Part shown: piece by piece, positions 39,085-48,591 of the stretch | Position numbering within the stretch: the first letter of the stretch is position 1 | How the letters are laid out: every line of letters begins with the position of its first letter | NCBI GenBank assembly: GCA_964384105.1 | Contig: CAYLJV010000001.1 | Location: 544,001 to 608,000 of the forward strand | From: Candidatus Hadarchaeota archaeon | GTDB taxonomy: Archaea; Hadarchaeota; Hadarchaeia; Hadarchaeales; JAGGTB01 | Reading direction: 5' to 3' | DNA: 64,000 nucleotides | The notes under the pieces: generated by a model | What the model saw: only the letters and a program-made list of their open reading frames with translations | Database searches by the model: none | What the model was told of the DNA's origin: nothing | Position numbers and translations under genes: made by a program

Positions 39085-39516
39085 TTGAGAAGGTTGTGTG
39101 GATTTTATAGTGTTGATGAGACAATATTAGCCAAGCTGCGGGGGGTGAAAAATATTAAGAAAGAATTGGATTTTAAGACAATTTCCACTATCTATCGTGG
39201 GTTAGACTATTACAAGCGCCAGTTGGAGGCGTTGAGGAAAAAAGCCAAACAAAATTTCCCTGAATTTATTCTCTCAGACATTAACGAAGAAATAGAAGAG
39301 ACGGGGGAGGCTATGGACTTTTTGGAAAAATATAGTGAAGGCAAAATCAATTCCAGATTTCGTGAAATCATGGATTACGCTTTGCGTATGTATTCCCGAG
39401 GATTAGAAGAATTGAAGGAAGAAATCGAGAAAACGTTTAAAGAATCTTCAATTGAATTAACTGCGATAAATAAAGATTTGAAAAACATCGATAATTGCTT
39501 AGAAATATTAGAATGA
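39085..39516 (+). CDS. Hypothetical helical protein with an internal duplication
   Basis: GLDYYKRQLEALRKKAKQNF resembles ALRMYSRGLEELKEEIEKTF; start uncertain. Confidence 0.65.
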   Translation: MRRLCGFYSVDETILAKLRGVKNIKKELDFKTISTIYRGLDYYKRQLEALRKKAKQNFPEFILSDINEEIEETGEAMDFLEKYSEGKINSRFREIMDYALRMYSRGLEELKEEIEKTFKESSIELTAINKDLKNIDNCLEILE

Positions 39517-39827
39517 TTTTTTCAAGTCTACGAAACTGAAAAGACGTTAGGGTAATGTTTTGTGGATTATTTTCCACTTATCGAGAAATACACCTTATTT
39601 TGAAGCAAAGCTCTTAATTCTATGGTGTCTAATCGGTCTTGAGAGCTTGGAGGGTGAATAAACTTATGTCTTTGGAGAAGAGACGTGTCGCGGTTTATTT
39701 TTCTGTTGGCCTGCACAAGCCAGCGAAAAAGCATGAAGTCGATTTATCGGGCTCTGGAACAAGCTTTAATTCATAAAATAGAAAATAATAGTGCTCTAAT
39801 AGGATTCGGGAATAATCCTCGTAGTGA

Positions 39828-39902
39828 GCCCCGATGGTGTAGTCTGGCCAAGCATTCAAGCCTCTCGAGCTTGGGACCCGGGTTCAAATCCCGGTCGGGG
39901 CA
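39828..39902 (+). tRNA. tRNA-Glu(CTC); CCA not encoded
   Basis: Acceptor GCCCCGA/TCGGGGC, anticodon arm CAAGC-CTCTCGA-GCTTG, T-arm CCGGGTTCAAATCCCGG. Confidence 0.96.
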
Positions 39903-40147
39903 TACTTTCTCAACAGTGGAATTAATCAACTGTTAGACTATTGTCCCTACTTTACACAAAAAAGTATTCAGTTGCGGTTATCTTACTTTATTCGCAGAAA
40001 AACTTGATAGAGGATCAAAGGAACTTTTTTCACTGTTTGACCGGATTTAGGAAAAAAATTCTACTTGTATGGATAACGTAAGTCCGTTAAAAGAGTATAG
40101 AAAAACAGAATGATCTGTTATTGTGGAACTAAGTTATTATTTATCTC

Positions 40148-40558
40148 TTATCTGAAATCTTCAGGCACTTTTATCGACCAAACTAATAGCACACCAGTGA
40201 TGATCAAAAGTACACTGAACATTCCCACAAAAGCAAATTCGTCCTGTTCAGCAAAGTATCCCGGGCTCTGAATGAGTGTGTAGATAAGCATCCCCATCGA
40301 TACCTGGAAGAGATTTAGAGCGTATTTCCATTTTCTTATTAGTGTGATACCTCCGAAGATTAGGAGTCCGGCGGTAGTGAGTTCAGCTATAAGATGTGAA
40401 CCGGCCCGAAGAGGTTCAGTTTCCAGCTCCGGGATATTACCAGTGATCCAGAACATAGCCCACATTCCGAAAATAGATAAGCCTATGACTATTGAATATC
40501 CCGATACAACTTTTTTCAGGTTTATATATTTCGTCATGATGTTTTTTAGGCCCTCCAT
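40148..40558 (-). CDS. Four-TM membrane protein, function unknown
   Basis: Four hydrophobic segments; HLIAE and SPGYF motifs. Confidence 0.75.
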   Translation of the reverse strand: MEGLKNIMTKYINLKKVVSGYSIVIGLSIFGMWAMFWITGNIPELETEPLRAGSHLIAELTTAGLLIFGGITLIRKWKYALNLFQVSMGMLIYTLIQSPGYFAEQDEFAFVGMFSVLLIITGVLLVWSIKVPEDFR

Positions 40559-40768
40559 TTCTCAAATTTTTATTTTTCGCTTTATTAATCGCCATTTGTC
40601 TACGAGGTTCATGGGGTAAAAGAAATTTTCATTTTTTTTAGACTATTTCTGTTCCAGTTTTTGTGAAATATACTTTTCTCAAGTTAAGCCTTATTCGAGG
40701 AAAATCGGGTCGAATAAAATTTACTAAAAATTCAGTAAATTTAAAGTTTCTACTCTGAGAGAGTATTA

Positions 40769-41473
40769 ATGACAATGGACTGGGATAAAATCGAGCCTCA
40801 AGACACGGCAGTTATAATGCATATGTATCGTGCAGAGGTTCAAAGGATCAACACCTGGAGAGGACGGATGGATCGGACGACGAACTGGGCGATAGTGATT
40901 ACGATCGGTGTTATAACTTTTGCATTATCCAGTTCTAATGCCCCACATTGGACGATGCTTCCGGGTTTGTTTTTGGCTTATGTACTACTTTTCGCGGAGG
41001 CCAGGAGATACAGGTTTTATGATTCATGGAGAGGGAGAGTAAGAGCTTTGGAAGAACTGTTCTTAGCGAAATTTTTTGATAGGGATTTGGAAATAGACGA
41101 CAAGTGGGAGAAAGCTTTATCGTGTGATCTGAGGGAACCCACGTACAAGATAGAGTGGGAAGAAGCAGTAAAGAGAAGATTGAAGAGAATATATATCTGG
41201 ATAATTCTCGTGTTCACAATTTCTTGGATAGGGAAGATTTTCATGCATCCGGAGAGGATTACATCTATGGATGTTTTCTTCGGTAGAATATCCGGTCCGT
41301 TAGGGAAAACAGCGGGCATTCTCATCTTTGGAGTGATAATAGGGATAATCGTTCTGTCAATATCGTACTTCTTCATAGCCTCACCAAAAAGAGAGGCTAA
41401 GGGGAAACCTAAGGAGAAGGAAATAGACGAGAAATTCGTTTCTGAAGAATACCTAAGGAAATTCGAAGAATAA
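40769..41473 (+). CDS. DUF2270 family membrane protein
   Basis: HMYRAEVQRINTWRGRMDRTTNWA, EARRYRFYDSWR. Confidence 0.9.
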   Translation: MTMDWDKIEPQDTAVIMHMYRAEVQRINTWRGRMDRTTNWAIVITIGVITFALSSSNAPHWTMLPGLFLAYVLLFAEARRYRFYDSWRGRVRALEELFLAKFFDRDLEIDDKWEKALSCDLREPTYKIEWEEAVKRRLKRIYIWIILVFTISWIGKIFMHPERITSMDVFFGRISGPLGKTAGILIFGVIIGIIVLSISYFFIASPKREAKGKPKEKEIDEKFVSEEYLRKFEE

Positions 41474-41655
41474 AAGTTAAAAGATAGCCCGAATTTGATG
41501 ATTGTTTTTATGTTCGTAATAGAAGATAGAATTCAAAAAGGTGAGGTAATCAGTTTAGATACCTGAAGATTTCAAGATTTGAAGACTCTTTAGGATAAGG
41601 CAGTTCTTTACCAAGTTTTTTGAATGCGGTTTATTTTGGGTAGTCTATGGCAGAA

Positions 41656-41916
41656 TTACTCTTTGGTTTCCATGAGATTTAATTCTTTGAGTTCACTGAG
41701 TATTTCATCGAGAGCTTCCTGAATTTCGTTCCTGTTTTGATTGGATGCGGCGTTTATTTCTTTTATCAGGTCGTCCTTTGTAGTTTCTCCATCGCATCTT
41801 TGCCAGATGGAAATTACGGTATCGTCTGCCGGGAACGCTTTTTCATTTTCGTTAACCAATAAGAGCTCTCCTTCACCACTCTCGCTAATTTTGCCCTTTC
41901 TTTGAAGTTTTGGCAT
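41656..41916 (-). CDS. PqqD-family (RiPP recognition element-like) protein
   Basis: Beta strands followed by ISIWQRCDGETT...LSELKELNLM. Confidence 0.75.
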   Translation of the reverse strand: MPKLQRKGKISESGEGELLLVNENEKAFPADDTVISIWQRCDGETTKDDLIKEINAASNQNRNEIQEALDEILSELKELNLMETKE

Positions 41917-42088
41917 TATATTTCTCCTTTATGATGACACTAAAAATTTGATTCCAACTCTTTTTAGTTTTGGGTACTCCAGTGTTTCAGTAGTAGTTTT
42001 ATCTACTAGATAAGAGGAAATTTTCAGAAATTTTTTTTAGAAAACTGATCTGGACCTCGAGGTTTTTAATCTTATACAAGTTTTATAG

Positions 42089-42835
42089 TCATTCTGGGTC
42101 GCTCTTTGACAGGTATCCCAGCCCGAGGTAAATAGCTGCAATGACAATCAATGCGGGAGTTAAATAGTAGTATACCCACCCCCAAGGGTTGGCAACATCC
42201 GTAGCAAGCAGTTTACCTGCGTTTGCTAGGTCGTAGAGGCTGAAATGCACGTCAGAAAAAGGGAAAAGCCACCACACGTCGAAATCATAAGTTATGGAAT
42301 CTGCGAATATGTGAAACAAGTATCCCAGAAACGTAATTGAAAATAGAGGCAAAAATTTTGTTTCAAATTTTTTGAGTTGGAATTGAGTTTTATTTCTCAC
42401 AATTTCGCCGATCGAGTTCAAAATTCGAGGAAGTATGAGGGCCACCAATGCGGACAGAAGTATCGCAAAAAAAGGAGCGTGCCAGAAGTTATGTGGTCTA
42501 AAGGGAGAGGACATGGAAGGGACTTCCGTGAAAAAACCCAAAAATCGGTCTGCACTGTGTGACTGTCCTGCCACGAATACTGTGGACAGAGAAAGTAGAA
42601 ATAGTTTAAAAAATGGTTTTTTCCCAGTCCAAGCCATATAGAGTATATAGAAAATAATAATGTATGCCAAAAAGCCAGTGAAGCTTACGAAATTCATCGA
42701 AAGATCGAATACAAGGTATCCTATCGCCACCGCGGCTCCGTACATCAGGAGAGCCTTCATTGCGAATCGATAGGACGATATTCCGAAGGGTGTGATGAGG
42801 AGGATGGCAAAGAGGAGGTGGTTCAGATTATCCAT
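42089..42835 (-). CDS. Membrane-bound metal-dependent hydrolase-like protein (YdjM-like)
   Basis: MDNLNH, HNFWH and GYLFHIFAD His/Asp motifs within TM segments. Confidence 0.7.
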   Translation of the reverse strand: MDNLNHLLFAILLITPFGISSYRFAMKALLMYGAAVAIGYLVFDLSMNFVSFTGFLAYIIIFYILYMAWTGKKPFFKLFLLSLSTVFVAGQSHSADRFLGFFTEVPSMSSPFRPHNFWHAPFFAILLSALVALILPRILNSIGEIVRNKTQFQLKKFETKFLPLFSITFLGYLFHIFADSITYDFDVWWLFPFSDVHFSLYDLANAGKLLATDVANPWGWVYYYLTPALIVIAAIYLGLGYLSKSDPE

Positions 42836-43000
42836 GGCAACTCGTTTGATCCTTTGAGATTCTAACGTTTTATTTTTGTGAGTTTTGCGCCTCTTTGAGT
42901 GATTAATTTGATTTAATTTATTTCAGAAAGTTATTGGAAAAACTACCAATCGACTTTGATAATCTATTGGCCGTCTTTCGACTTTCTACAGCTTCCTTGA

Positions 43001-43228
43001 TTACATTACTATGTTTGTGGTAGTCTTTTTTACTCCGTCCGTTCCCCTAATTTTTTCGACGACTTCGTCTCTGAGTGTAGATATGTTTTCGGCTTCGGCA
43101 TGAACTATAATATCGTATGGTCCTGTGAGCATGTCTGTATCCTTCACGGACTTCAGTTTTCTAAGACTTTCGACGACTTCTCGCATTTTACCAACCTCGG
43201 TATTTATTAAAATATAGGCTCTAACCAA
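43001..43228 (-). CDS. Stand-alone Lrp/AsnC ligand-binding (RAM) domain
   Basis: AYILINTEVGK, LTGPYDII, GVKKTTT. Confidence 0.9.
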   Translation of the reverse strand: MVRAYILINTEVGKMREVVESLRKLKSVKDTDMLTGPYDIIVHAEAENISTLRDEVVEKIRGTDGVKKTTTNIVM

Positions 43229-43402
43229 TTGATACCCTCCACTTAATATTCGACAATCAACTCCTTATATTTTTGTAGTATTCCAATCTGTTTTCTTAGT
43301 TAGTATTCTTCGAGTTTTGATATTTTTTCTTGAAATTGCCGTGAATTTAGTTTCGGCTATGAATAGAAATAGGATCTAAACTAGAAAATTACATTTACTC
43401 TT

Positions 43403-43750
43403 ATGAGAATAAACGAGTTGAAGTGGTGTAGCTTTGTGATCTGCGAGATGTGTAGTGGAAAGGTCCCAGAAGGTGCAAACTATTGTCCGAGTTGTGGTGC
43501 CCGAGTAGACCTAGTAAGAAAAGAAAAAATTTTGGTCTCTGCAGACGATCTGGTGAGCGAGGTTAAAGAGTTAATACACGAGGGAAACGTTACGAGGATC
43601 GTGATACGAGATGAAGGAGGAAAGGTACTTTTAGACATGCCTGTTACCGTCGGAGTCTTAGGTTTCATGCTAGCTCCTTGGCTCGCAGCGGTAGGGGCGG
43701 TAGCCGCATTGGCTACTAAATGCACTATAGTGGTAGAGAGACTGGAATGA
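43403..43750 (+). CDS. Zinc-ribbon plus DUF4342 protein
   Basis: CEMC/CPSCG, then VKELIHEGNVTRIVI...PVTVG...AVGAVAAL. Confidence 0.88.
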   Translation: MRINELKWCSFVICEMCSGKVPEGANYCPSCGARVDLVRKEKILVSADDLVSEVKELIHEGNVTRIVIRDEGGKVLLDMPVTVGVLGFMLAPWLAAVGAVAALATKCTIVVERLE

Positions 43751-43812
43751 CGTCTGTTGGGGGAGAAATATCACGTTATCTAACTGGGTTGGTCTCTGCT
43801 TTTCTCTGATTC

Positions 43813-43986
43813 TCACGATAAGATGGAGTTTTGTTTCATTATATCGTTAGGATTCTCTTTTTCACAGAGAAGTCTACCGCAGTATGGGCAGTATTCCTGG
43901 GGCTCATCACAGTCTATTTCCCGTACTATTTTACCGCATTGGCATCTGTACTTCTTTCTAATTGGTATTTCCTGTTTATAAGGCAA
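43813..43986 (-). CDS. 57-aa CPxCG zinc-finger microprotein (not in ORF track)
   Basis: TTG start after GGAGG: MPYKQEIPIRKKYRCQCGKIVREIDCDEPQEYCPYCGRLLCEKENPNDIMKQNSILS*. Confidence 0.75.
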   Translation of the reverse strand: MPYKQEIPIRKKYRCQCGKIVREIDCDEPQEYCPYCGRLLCEKENPNDIMKQNSILS

Positions 43987-44257
43987 AGAAACCCGCCTCC
44001 GAGACCTGCTTATTTCTATCTAGCCGGCATCCTGTTAAAAGGCTTTCCGGTTCTTACCATTCGGCTTATTTGAATTCGAGGTAGAGTTTTACTACATAGA
44101 TCTCTTTCTTATGTTTTTTATTTGAATGAATTGAATTAATCAAAAAAGAGTGTGACTGGGGCTTACTAATAATAGGTCTCTCAAGTTTTGAACTGCTTAT
44201 AAGATTGCATTAGAGCTCTCTTCACATGAGAATTTCGTAAAGAGAATTTTAGAGGAG

Positions 44258-45142
44258 GTGAAATTTGTGGAGTATAGTCCTTATCCTAAAGGGAAAGGAA
44301 AAGTAAAATGGGTTTCTACAGATTGGCTCGAAAAGAATCTAGAAGATAAAAATTTAATGGTTATGGACATTCAACCTGATATACACGATTATATAACAGA
44401 ACATATCCCAGAATCAGTATATTTTAACCAGCGTTTGCTTCGTGTGCCTATGAATGGAAGGCCCGGTGTTTACGTTCCTGAAAAGGTGATCGAATCACTC
44501 TTTAATAGAATTGGTCTCGTGGCTGATACACCAGTTGTTGTTTATACAGGTGTGGGTGATTTCAGGGGGTGGGGCGATGGTTTGGAACAGACTATGATGG
44601 CATATTCATTAGCCAGATTTGGACATGACAATATTTACGTTTTGGACGGTGGTCTCGATAAATGGAAAAATGAAGATAAAGAACTTACCAAAAAATTTCC
44701 GCAAATAAAAAAATCCGATTTTGATGTCGATGTACGCGAGAATTACAAGGCAGATATGAAAGAAGTTAAGGAAACAAAAGATGATGACGATGTAATCCTG
44801 CTGGATGCTAGGCCACCTGAGATGTATGAGCAACAGTCGATATGGCCAAAGCCTGGTCACATACCTGGAGCTGTGAATCTTCCTTGGAAGAGTCTTATGT
44901 CAGAAGATAATCCTAAGCTTCTGAAACCGGAGAATGAGCTAAAAGATATCCTCGATGAAAAAGAAGTAACAAAGGATAAGAAAATTATTTGTTCTTGTGG
45001 AACTGGAAGAGAAGCCACCAATGAGTTTATTTTACTCAGGTGGTATTTTGATTTTCAGGAAGTTAAGAACTACGAGGGTTCATTTACTGAGTGGGCTGCT
45101 TATCCCGAGAATCCGGTAGTTACTGGAAAGGAACCGTATTAG
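44258..45142 (+). CDS. Tandem-domain rhodanese/sulfurtransferase
   Basis: WVSTDWL, LDGG, GHIPGA, active-site CGTGRE, YEGSFTEW. Confidence 0.92.
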   Translation: MKFVEYSPYPKGKGKVKWVSTDWLEKNLEDKNLMVMDIQPDIHDYITEHIPESVYFNQRLLRVPMNGRPGVYVPEKVIESLFNRIGLVADTPVVVYTGVGDFRGWGDGLEQTMMAYSLARFGHDNIYVLDGGLDKWKNEDKELTKKFPQIKKSDFDVDVRENYKADMKEVKETKDDDDVILLDARPPEMYEQQSIWPKPGHIPGAVNLPWKSLMSEDNPKLLKPENELKDILDEKEVTKDKKIICSCGTGREATNEFILLRWYFDFQEVKNYEGSFTEWAAYPENPVVTGKEPY

Positions 45143-45224
45143 ATTGGTTAAAACTTTCAGACCTTTTCTTTTTTTATTTTTAATAGATCGTATGAGTTAA
45201 GTAGATTAATGAGAAGGTGAAAAT

Positions 45225-45860
45225 TTGGTAACAAAAATTTTGGTTACTTTCTACTCTTCTTACGGTCATATATACAAGCTTGCTCAGTCGGTGAAAGAGG
45301 GTGTCAATAAAGTAGAGGATACGAGGGTTAAAATGAGACGGATACCCGAGCTTCAAGAAGCTAAAAAGAGGTTGAGTGGTAATGAGGCTTATCAGAAGGC
45401 CCAGAAGGAACAGGCCGAAATACCCGAAGTATCCCTAGACGACCTCAGGGGGGCTGATGGTGTATGTTGGGGAACTCCAACTAGATATGGCAATATGGCA
45501 TCTCAGGTGAAACAATTCCTTGATTCTACTGGTGAGTTATGGCAGGAGGGCGCCCTTGAAGATAAGCCTGCTGGGATATTTACTTCCACGGCTACTATTC
45601 ACGGAGGACAGGAAACTACTATAATATCGTCTCTTATACCACTGATGCATTTAGGGATGGTAATAGTCGGAACACCCTACGGCCAGAATCCTCAGATAAG
45701 GACAATTGAGGCGATAGGTGGTTCTCCTTATGGACCCTCTACGATAGTAGGTCTCGATGGGAGTAGACAGCCTGTCGAAAAAGAATTGGAAACAGCACGC
45801 AACTTAGGCACTCGAGTTGCAAAGGTAGCTAAAAACCTAAAAAAGATGCGAGAAAGTTAA
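45225..45860 (+). CDS. wrbA: NAD(P)H:quinone oxidoreductase WrbA
   Basis: YSSYGH, GTPTRYGNM, TIHGGQE, GGSPYG. Confidence 0.93.
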   Translation: MVTKILVTFYSSYGHIYKLAQSVKEGVNKVEDTRVKMRRIPELQEAKKRLSGNEAYQKAQKEQAEIPEVSLDDLRGADGVCWGTPTRYGNMASQVKQFLDSTGELWQEGALEDKPAGIFTSTATIHGGQETTIISSLIPLMHLGMVIVGTPYGQNPQIRTIEAIGGSPYGPSTIVGLDGSRQPVEKELETARNLGTRVAKVAKNLKKMRES

Positions 45861-45920
45861 TTTATCTGTTTTTATGTTCTTATTTTAGAAATTAAGGACT
45901 TAGGACATAAATTTTAATTT

Positions 45921-46187
45921 TTAGAGTTTTGAACAAACACTTTCCATAAATTTCAAGGCTTTTATCATTTCTTTTCCTTTTTTTGTGACCCGATAGCTTT
46001 CATCCCCCTTGTCGTTCTTACTTTCGTATTTTTCAATGTAACCATCTTCAATGAGAACGGAGAGGTATTTTTCTGCCATGTACCAATCGAGGTTGGCAAA
46101 TCTGATAATTTGGGTTTTTTTGCAGTCTCTTTTTTCGTTAACAGTTTCAAAAATGTCTAACAGGATTTCGCAAGTGCTTCTAGTCAT
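45921..46187 (-). CDS. Small winged-helix transcription regulator (HTH_45-like)
   Basis: RSTCEILLDI, KKTQIIRFANL, YRVTKKG. Confidence 0.88.
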   Translation of the reverse strand: MTRSTCEILLDIFETVNEKRDCKKTQIIRFANLDWYMAEKYLSVLIEDGYIEKYESKNDKGDESYRVTKKGKEMIKALKFMESVCSKL

Positions 46188-46385
46188 TTTTCTTGAATGT
46201 AGGCAAACTACATAGATTTCCTACATTTAGTATTATTAAGAAGTATCAAATATAAGAATTCAAGCGATCGGAGCTTATTTCGTCTAAAAGAAAAATTTCG
46301 GCCTTAATTGAGAAACAGTAACGATTACTAATCGCTAATCTATTGTTATTGGTTCGAATTAAATGAGAATTGAGGAGGTGAAAAA

Positions 46386-46913
46386 ATGGTTATTAATGTA
46401 ATTAAGAGGGATGGTGAGGAAGAACCTTTTGAGAAGAATAAGATAGTTGATTCTATAGTTAATGCAGGTGCGCCAAAGAAAGTTGCAAAAGAGATAGCAT
46501 CGGAAGTTGAGGATTCGGTTGGTGAGCTCGTATCTACTGAAGAAATAAGAAATATGGTGTTGGCTAGGCTTAAGAAGAGACATAAAAAGTCGGTTGAAGA
46601 GTGGATAAATTACGAAACGGAAGAAAAAGCTAGGGCAAACGTATGTCCTTTGGCTGATATTTATCATGACGGGGAAAAGTATACCTTCAGAATAGATCTT
46701 CCTGGTGTTTCAAAGGATGAAATAGATTTCAAGATGACAGAAAATGCTTTTTGTCTTACTGCGCCGAAGAAGGCTACTAAGTATTGCGGTTGCTGGACCT
46801 TGCATCACAAGGTTGATATTGAGAAGGCCAAGGCTAAGTTCGAGGATGGAGAATTAACTGTTACAGTGCCTTTGGTTAAGTCCCTTGAAGGAAAGAAGAT
46901 CGAGATCGAATAA
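46386..46913 (+). CDS. ATP-cone / Hsp20 (alpha-crystallin) fusion protein
   Basis: VIKRDGEEEPFEKNKI...STEEIRNMV (ATP cone), then IDLPGVSKDEI...AKFEDGELTVTVP...KKIEIE (sHSP with IxI tail). Confidence 0.88.
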   Translation: MVINVIKRDGEEEPFEKNKIVDSIVNAGAPKKVAKEIASEVEDSVGELVSTEEIRNMVLARLKKRHKKSVEEWINYETEEKARANVCPLADIYHDGEKYTFRIDLPGVSKDEIDFKMTENAFCLTAPKKATKYCGCWTLHHKVDIEKAKAKFEDGELTVTVPLVKSLEGKKIEIE

Positions 46914-47001
46914 ATACTAATTTCTTGGATTAAGAAATTGGTATATAGTGGGGACCAAACCAGTTATCTTGGTTTTTTCTCTTTCTATTTTTCTAAATAG
47001 T

Positions 47002-47631
47002 CTAGAATATCGGTTTTCCAAGGCCATTTGAAGATGCCTCACATAGATTGTATTCAAGAACCAGTTCACCCGTCTTAGTATCATAAACTTCTATTGTATC
47101 CTGGAAAACTACGTATTTTGGAACACCGCTTTCGTAATTTCCCATCAAGAATGGGTAAACATCACCTGCTGGATAAGCGCCTTCGTTACGATACTCCCCC
47201 CATTTTTCTTGATTATTGCTTACTCTCATGATTTTGGCGGACTCCTTTATTCTATATCTAGTATCTGGATCAGTAGTTTGCTCATTCCATCCCGCTCTCG
47301 TTAGCCAACCGAATCTAGTCGTCACCTCATAATCATCGCTATACCAAGTGAAATGATTGAAGCACCATGCACCTATCGATGAGTCTCCTGTGGGGTTCCA
47401 GTCCTCGGACCATTTCATTACAAGCCAAGAATCCTGAGTTCCCGGAAGCCATCCTCCCTCTATCTCCATATCATAGTATCCTAGCCATCCGTTGAACAGT
47501 CTGGCCTTATAATTGAATCCGTATTCGTCGAAACCATTTCTATAATAAGTTGATTTTTCTGCTGTTGATGTTTCTATTCCTATTCCGGCAATTACTATCA
47601 AAATTAGTCCCAGAACAAGGTATTTTTTCAT
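47002..47631 (-). CDS. Exported Trp/Tyr-rich hypothetical protein
   Basis: N-terminal signal sequence; aromatic-rich body. Confidence 0.75.
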   Translation of the reverse strand: MKKYLVLGLILIVIAGIGIETSTAEKSTYYRNGFDEYGFNYKARLFNGWLGYYDMEIEGGWLPGTQDSWLVMKWSEDWNPTGDSSIGAWCFNHFTWYSDDYEVTTRFGWLTRAGWNEQTTDPDTRYRIKESAKIMRVSNNQEKWGEYRNEGAYPAGDVYPFLMGNYESGVPKYVVFQDTIEVYDTKTGELVLEYNLCEASSNGLGKPIF

Positions 47632-47819
47632 TTTTTACCTCTTTTAATCTCAGAAATCGGAATTGTTAGTGCACCTGTAAATTCTTTAACAGGTCTCTTT
47701 ATAAATTTAGTAGAAATTGTAGTTCTTAACAAAAGTTATCCAAGTAATGTCTAAAAGAGATTAATTCATTCGATTTACTTAACTATATAAGTTCACTAAA
47801 TCTTTCTTTAAAAGGTAAT

Positions 47820-48566
47820 ATGAAAATTTTGCACGTTGACGACGAAGCGGATATTCTAGAACAGTCGAAGATATATCTCGAGGCGGAGGACGATCGACTG
47901 GACGTTAGGACAGCTATCTCTGCTGAAAAGGGTTTGAAGATGTTGGAGCGGGGAGATTTCGATGCGGTAATCTCGGATTATCAAATGCCCGGCTTAAATG
48001 GCCTGGAATTTTTGGATATTATTAGAAATCAGGAAAAGAGTGACATTCCTTTTATAGTGTTTACTGGAAGAGGCAGAGAGGAAGTTGCCATTAGAGCTCT
48101 TAATCTCGGTGCAAATAGGTATATTCAAAAAGGTGGGGACCCGAAGCCTCAGTTCGTTGTTTTGGCGCGGTCAGTTGTTCAGGAAGTAGAGAGCAGACTG
48201 ATGAGAAGGAGATTCAAGGATTTCTTTGAGAATCTTCCCTATATGGCATTTATTATCAATAGTTCGGGAATAGTGGAGGAGTTGAATAATTCTTTTATTC
48301 AAAGTACTGGGTACAAGAAGGAAGAGATAGTAGGAAAACCGATGGTCAGGTTAGTAAATATAATACCGTTTAAAAGTTTACTAAAGTCTGTCCGTAAATT
48401 CTACGAATTTTTACAAAACAATGAGATCTCTCCCTTTGAAATAGAATACAAACATAAAAGTGGGGAGATCCGACGTCTAGAAATTAATGCTGTTAGTATG
48501 GGTAATGACAAGGAGTTAGATCGAGTAATCGGTGTTGCTCGAGATATAACCGATGATAATGAGTAA
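47820..48566 (+). CDS. Response regulator, REC plus PAS domains, no output domain
   Basis: LHVDDE, SDYQMPGLNG, FTGRG, YIQKGG; PAS ends GVARDIT. Confidence 0.92.
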   Translation: MKILHVDDEADILEQSKIYLEAEDDRLDVRTAISAEKGLKMLERGDFDAVISDYQMPGLNGLEFLDIIRNQEKSDIPFIVFTGRGREEVAIRALNLGANRYIQKGGDPKPQFVVLARSVVQEVESRLMRRRFKDFFENLPYMAFIINSSGIVEELNNSFIQSTGYKKEEIVGKPMVRLVNIIPFKSLLKSVRKFYEFLQNNEISPFEIEYKHKSGEIRRLEINAVSMGNDKELDRVIGVARDITDDNE

Positions 48567-48591
48567 GACTATTTTCCTCAGATTTTGGTCT

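Noticed and set aside
39685-39936. 83-aa ORF
   Set aside because: Runs through tRNA-Glu.
43831-44073. 80-aa hydrophobic ORF
   Set aside because: Antisense to the better-supported zinc-finger microprotein.
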